A DNA stretch of 64,000 nt, taken from Hemiscyllium ocellatum (lineage: Eukaryota). Shown piece by piece: positions 60,250 through 64,000 of this stretch. Within the stretch, counting starts at the first letter, position 1. The number at the start of each line of letters is the position of its first letter. Both the position numbers and the translations under genes were made by a program. A model generated the notes under the pieces. That model saw only the letters and a program-made list of their open reading frames with translations, was not told the origin of the DNA and ran no database searches. The stretch is taken from positions 7,626,001 to 7,690,000 of the forward strand of contig NC_083406.1 in the NCBI RefSeq assembly GCF_020745735.1, written 5' to 3'.

Positions 60250-60960
60250 GGGTATAATTTTGCATGTTGCACTTGCAGGCTCCAAAACAGTTATCCCAGA
60301 ATTACCAAGTCAACGTTCCATCATCCAGAACTGGAAATGATGGAAATCTAACAATTTTTATGCAATATGAAGGCAGAGAATTTAGGAACAGTCCACGATA
60401 GGATGGAAGATGGGAGCAATTAAATCACAAAATGGTCGATGGTGTAATGTAAAAAGGGAATGGTAATAGAACAGGTAAAGAAACAAAAGATGGGTCTAAG
60501 TGGGTGGAAATTGTGGTAACAGAATCATCATCAAACAGGAACAAAAAAATGGGACAAATAAGTTATGGTGTGAAATTATTGCATTCAGTAATGAGTCTGG
60601 AAAGTAGTAAAACTTCTAAATGAAATATCAGGTATGATTCCATGAGCTTTTCAGTTCCATTCAAATGAGTGTAGGATGCTGTGGATACGCATCTCAGAAT
60701 GGATAGGGAATTAGAAACACAGCTGATTGGAAGTTCAGGGTCATGTTAGCAGTATGAACGTAAATGCTTCACTAAGCAATCACCCGACTCGCCTTTGGCC
60801 CCTCTGGTGTAGTTCAGAGTAAATCATGAACAAACAACACAATCTCACTGGAAGAAGAGCAAATAAATTGCTGTTTCACCTGGACGGACTGTCTGGACCC
60901 GTGGGATATGGGAAGGGTGGAGGCTTAAAGGTTTGTGTAGAGAAGGTGCTCCCACAAGAA
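60250..60960 (-). mobile_element. old Penelope-like (Neptune-type) endonuclease/3' fragment
   Basis: Colinear similarity to 9280-9620, e.g. AAATTGCTGTTTCACCTGGA vs AAGTGCTGCTTCACCTGGA and GAGTCTGGAAAG vs GAGTCCAGAAGG. Confidence 0.55.
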
Positions 60961-61490
60961 AGGAGGGTGAAGGCAGAATTGCAGAAATATGATTCACAAT
61001 ATTGCTGAGTATGGGTGAATCTTCACAGGAGAATAATGGAAGCACATCAGAAACAATACAACAGAAACATGGGAACAGATTAGACCAATCAGCCTTTTGA
61101 GGCTGCCCTGCCATCAATAAGATTTGATAAATTAATCAGATTGTAGTCTCAACTCCATTTTTATGTCCACCCACCCATAATCCATCAGTCTATTATTTAT
61201 CAAAAATTTAACTAATTCAGCCTTGAACAATTTAATTCACCTAGCATTCACTGCTTTTGATGGAAATGGATTCTGCAGAGCCATGGTCCTTGGGGAAAAA
61301 AAATCTCCTTAATCTCGAAGTTGGAAAAAGAGAGACCTCATTCTTAAACTAGCTCATCTTCACCATAAGAGGAAACTTTATATTCTCCCCTCCAAGTTCC
61401 CTCACAATCTTACATGTTTTAAATAAGATTGTGTCTCATTGTTATAAACTTGAATAGTGGGGGTTCAAAAAGACAAATGATAGATAACTT

Positions 61491-61762
61491 CCAGTGTGGA
61501 AACAGGCCCTTCAGCCCAACAAGTTCACACCAACCCTCTGAAGAGCAACCCACCCAGACTAACACTATGGGCAATTTAGCATGGCCAATTCACCTGACCT
61601 GCACATTTTTGGACTGTGGGAGAAAACCGGAGCACCCGGAAGAAACCCACGCAGACACAGGGAGGATGTGCAAACTCCACACAGACAGTTGCCTGAGGTG
61701 GGAATTGAACCAGGTCTCTGGCACTGTGAGGCAGCAGTGCTAACCACTGTGTCACCGTGCCT
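61491..61762 (-). mobile_element. HE1-type SINE
   Basis: Reverse complement of 29849-30160. Confidence 0.88.
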
Positions 61763-63616
61763 CCCATGTTCTTCACAAGATCAGCCCTTTATCCCAGCAA
61801 CGAGCCGAATAAACTTTCTCTGAACTGCTTCTAACACAATTAAATAAGGAGATCACAAATGTGCACATTTATGTCTCACTGATGCATTAATATAATAGTA
61901 GCAATATTTCTCTACTTTTATATGCCATTCCCTAGCAAGAAAGTCAACATCCCATTCATCTTCGCATCACTTGCTGTGTCTGCACACTGACCTATTCTGA
62001 TTCATGAGGGCTTGAAATATGAAAGAGTGTATGTGGGTGTGCATGCACGTGCGCGTGTGTATTGGAGTGGAGAGGGAAAAGAATGCTTTCAGAAAGATGT
62101 GGAGGTGCCGGTGTCAGACTGGGGTGGAAAAGGTTAACAATCACACAACACCAGGATGATAACCTGCTGTTTTCTAAAATATTTTCAGAAGGAGACATAG
62201 ATATAGGTAGGCAGGTAGATAGAAAATTAGACAAGTGAGGGCAAAAATAAAGCCATAAGATTGAAGGGTAAGTTGCATGAGACAGGAAAAGACTGAAACA
62301 AAGTCAGTCTATGAGAAGCATGTTTGTGGATATTTGGAAGGAAGCAGAACTAGACTGAGATTTTCAGGAACTACGAGTAGGAGACCATGATTGGAAGATC
62401 TCCAGAGAAGATGACATTATTGACAGTCTATGTCCATGGGCAGCAGAAGGTGTTGTCCGAGCACTGACATTCAGTATCTGCATCACAAGAGGTCCATTCA
62501 TTCAGTAGAATGAAGTCCAATGATAATACTTACATTGGACTCAAAAGAATGGAGCGTGGCAGGTTAGGCTTGGCTCAGTATAAAGATTTTTGGACAGTAT
62601 GGGACTGTTTTTAAACAGAAAGACTCCAGCACCAATCTCTAATTTTCCTTGAATACATTTTTAAGCTCAAAGTGAAACTCTGTGACAACTAGTCAATTAA
62701 TTCAATTTCCCAGCTCTTCCATCACAGCCCTGTAAATTTTTCCTTTAAGTACAGATGGAATTTCCTTCTGAAAATTGCTGTCAAATCCGTTTCCATCATT
62801 CTTTCAGGCAGTGCCCACCCAGCTCATCACAACTCACTGTGTAACAAAACGAAATCCACATTTCCCCTACAGTTCTTTGTTAATTGTCTTAATTCTATGC
62901 CCTCTGTTACTGACTACCCGTCATTGTGTTTTGGGTCTTTGTGAGATCTACTCTAATGCTTACAGCTTCTTACTTCAATATAATATCTTGTTCTCTCTGC
63001 AAATCCATTCAGGCTTGACTAATAGCACAAAATAATTAAACAACTATTGAACAACTGAAAATTCCACATTGCAAACGGATTGTCCTTACTTATACCATTA
63101 GAAGGGCTCATTAGATTTTGTTAATCTCAGCTAGGGTAGTAACAAAGGCATCACAATTTGCCTCAGCAAATAGCTAAGAGGGAGAATACTTACATACCTC
63201 TGATTACTGTCCTCTGTGGAATGAAAAAACAAATACATCACAGATTCCGAAGAACATTGGAAGTACGCAGGAGACCGGTCATATTATGGCAAAGACAAGG
63301 TACAAAGTAAGCTGAAAGCATGTAATATGCAAATATAGAGAAGCAACTAAAGATCATACCACGAATCCGGAAAAAAAATCTCAAGATCCTTCACAGGAGT
63401 AAATTCAGATCAACTAGGACAGACACACAGATATCCTGCTGAAGACGACCTTGGGTATCTGTGGTATGGAGTCCAGCACCTTAAAAGGAGTGCTTTATCT
63501 AGAATACAGCTGCATTTTCTGAAAATGACCTAAGTAGAACACAGTTACAGAAAAAGCAAGACAACAAACAGCTACTCATGCAAGAGGCTACAAGGTAAAA
63601 CAGTCTTTAATTTAAA

Positions 63617-63706
63617 AAGTTTAAAATCCCACAACACCAGGTTATAATCCAACAGGTTTATTTGGAAGCACTAGCTTTCAGAGCACTGCTCCTTAATCAG
63701 GTGATC
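63617..63706 (-). mobile_element. family-B terminal repeat
   Basis: CACAACACCAGGTTATAATCCAACAGGTTTATTTGGAAGCACTAGCTTTCAGAGCACTGCTCCTTAATCAGGTG. Confidence 0.8.
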
Positions 63707-64000
63707 ATTTAAAATTTAAAAACAAAATTGCACAAAGTGGAAGGTGTTCCCGGGGGGAAAACCAAGTGTTTCTGAAGTAGCCTTTTGGTGAGAGAATACA
63801 GAAATTATCATTTTAAAATTGCAGCCAGTTTTTCTGGACCTAGACATTGCTTTAGGGGAGAGGTCTTTTCTACATCTTCATGATGGTGGTCCAGCCTGTC
63901 TTATCTCTGCACAATGGGTACCAGGAGTTGTCTTGTTAAATCTGCTTGCTGCTTTGCACAGATGTAACTTCCTATCCTGGACTTTCTACTCTTCCTCTTG

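Noticed and set aside
7018-61823. Recurrent ORFs such as MDCGRKPEHPEETH..., ...PTVQRCAG, MLEIRAENVLLEK...
   Set aside because: Translations of HE1 SINE and family-A repeats, not genes.
50000-64000. ELF1 CpG-island first exon or neighbouring WBP4 exons
   Set aside because: No CpG island and no recognisable coding exons in this interval.

Overview
Vertebrate genomic DNA, almost certainly a shark: it carries HE1-type tRNA SINEs and CR1 LINEs, and the TCTAA-repeat SINE tails suggest a carpet/bamboo shark (inference). The only host gene I can support is ELF1 (ETS factor) on the minus strand. Its first coding exon is 21879-21950 (MATAVGQNEVVFEFTNNGMEDTHE) and its next exon is 2262-2433 (LGGSCIFPAVIVEQVP...SSLDVAEEQVIGTDITLS), joined across a 19.4-kb intron; the gene continues off the left edge. 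The rest is intronic/upstream DNA filled with decayed retroelements (CR1, Rex1/Babar, HE1 SINE, Gypsy/Gmr1, solo LTRs, Penelope-like elements), and most ORF-track entries are spurious or repeat-derived. The most notable signal is more than 20 insertions from four Penelope-like terminal-repeat families. Each family carries a minimal hammerhead-ribozyme motif (CUGAnGA-N-stem II-GAAA plus a palindromic stem III), and many copies are 150-550-bp inverted-repeat cassettes with 11-14-bp TSDs. Also seen: non-coding elements sharing the Rex1/Babar 3' stem-loop, a uORF-rich ELF1 leader, and candidate ELF1 promoters, enhancers and alternative exons. Coordinates were read by eye and repeat boundaries are approximate.
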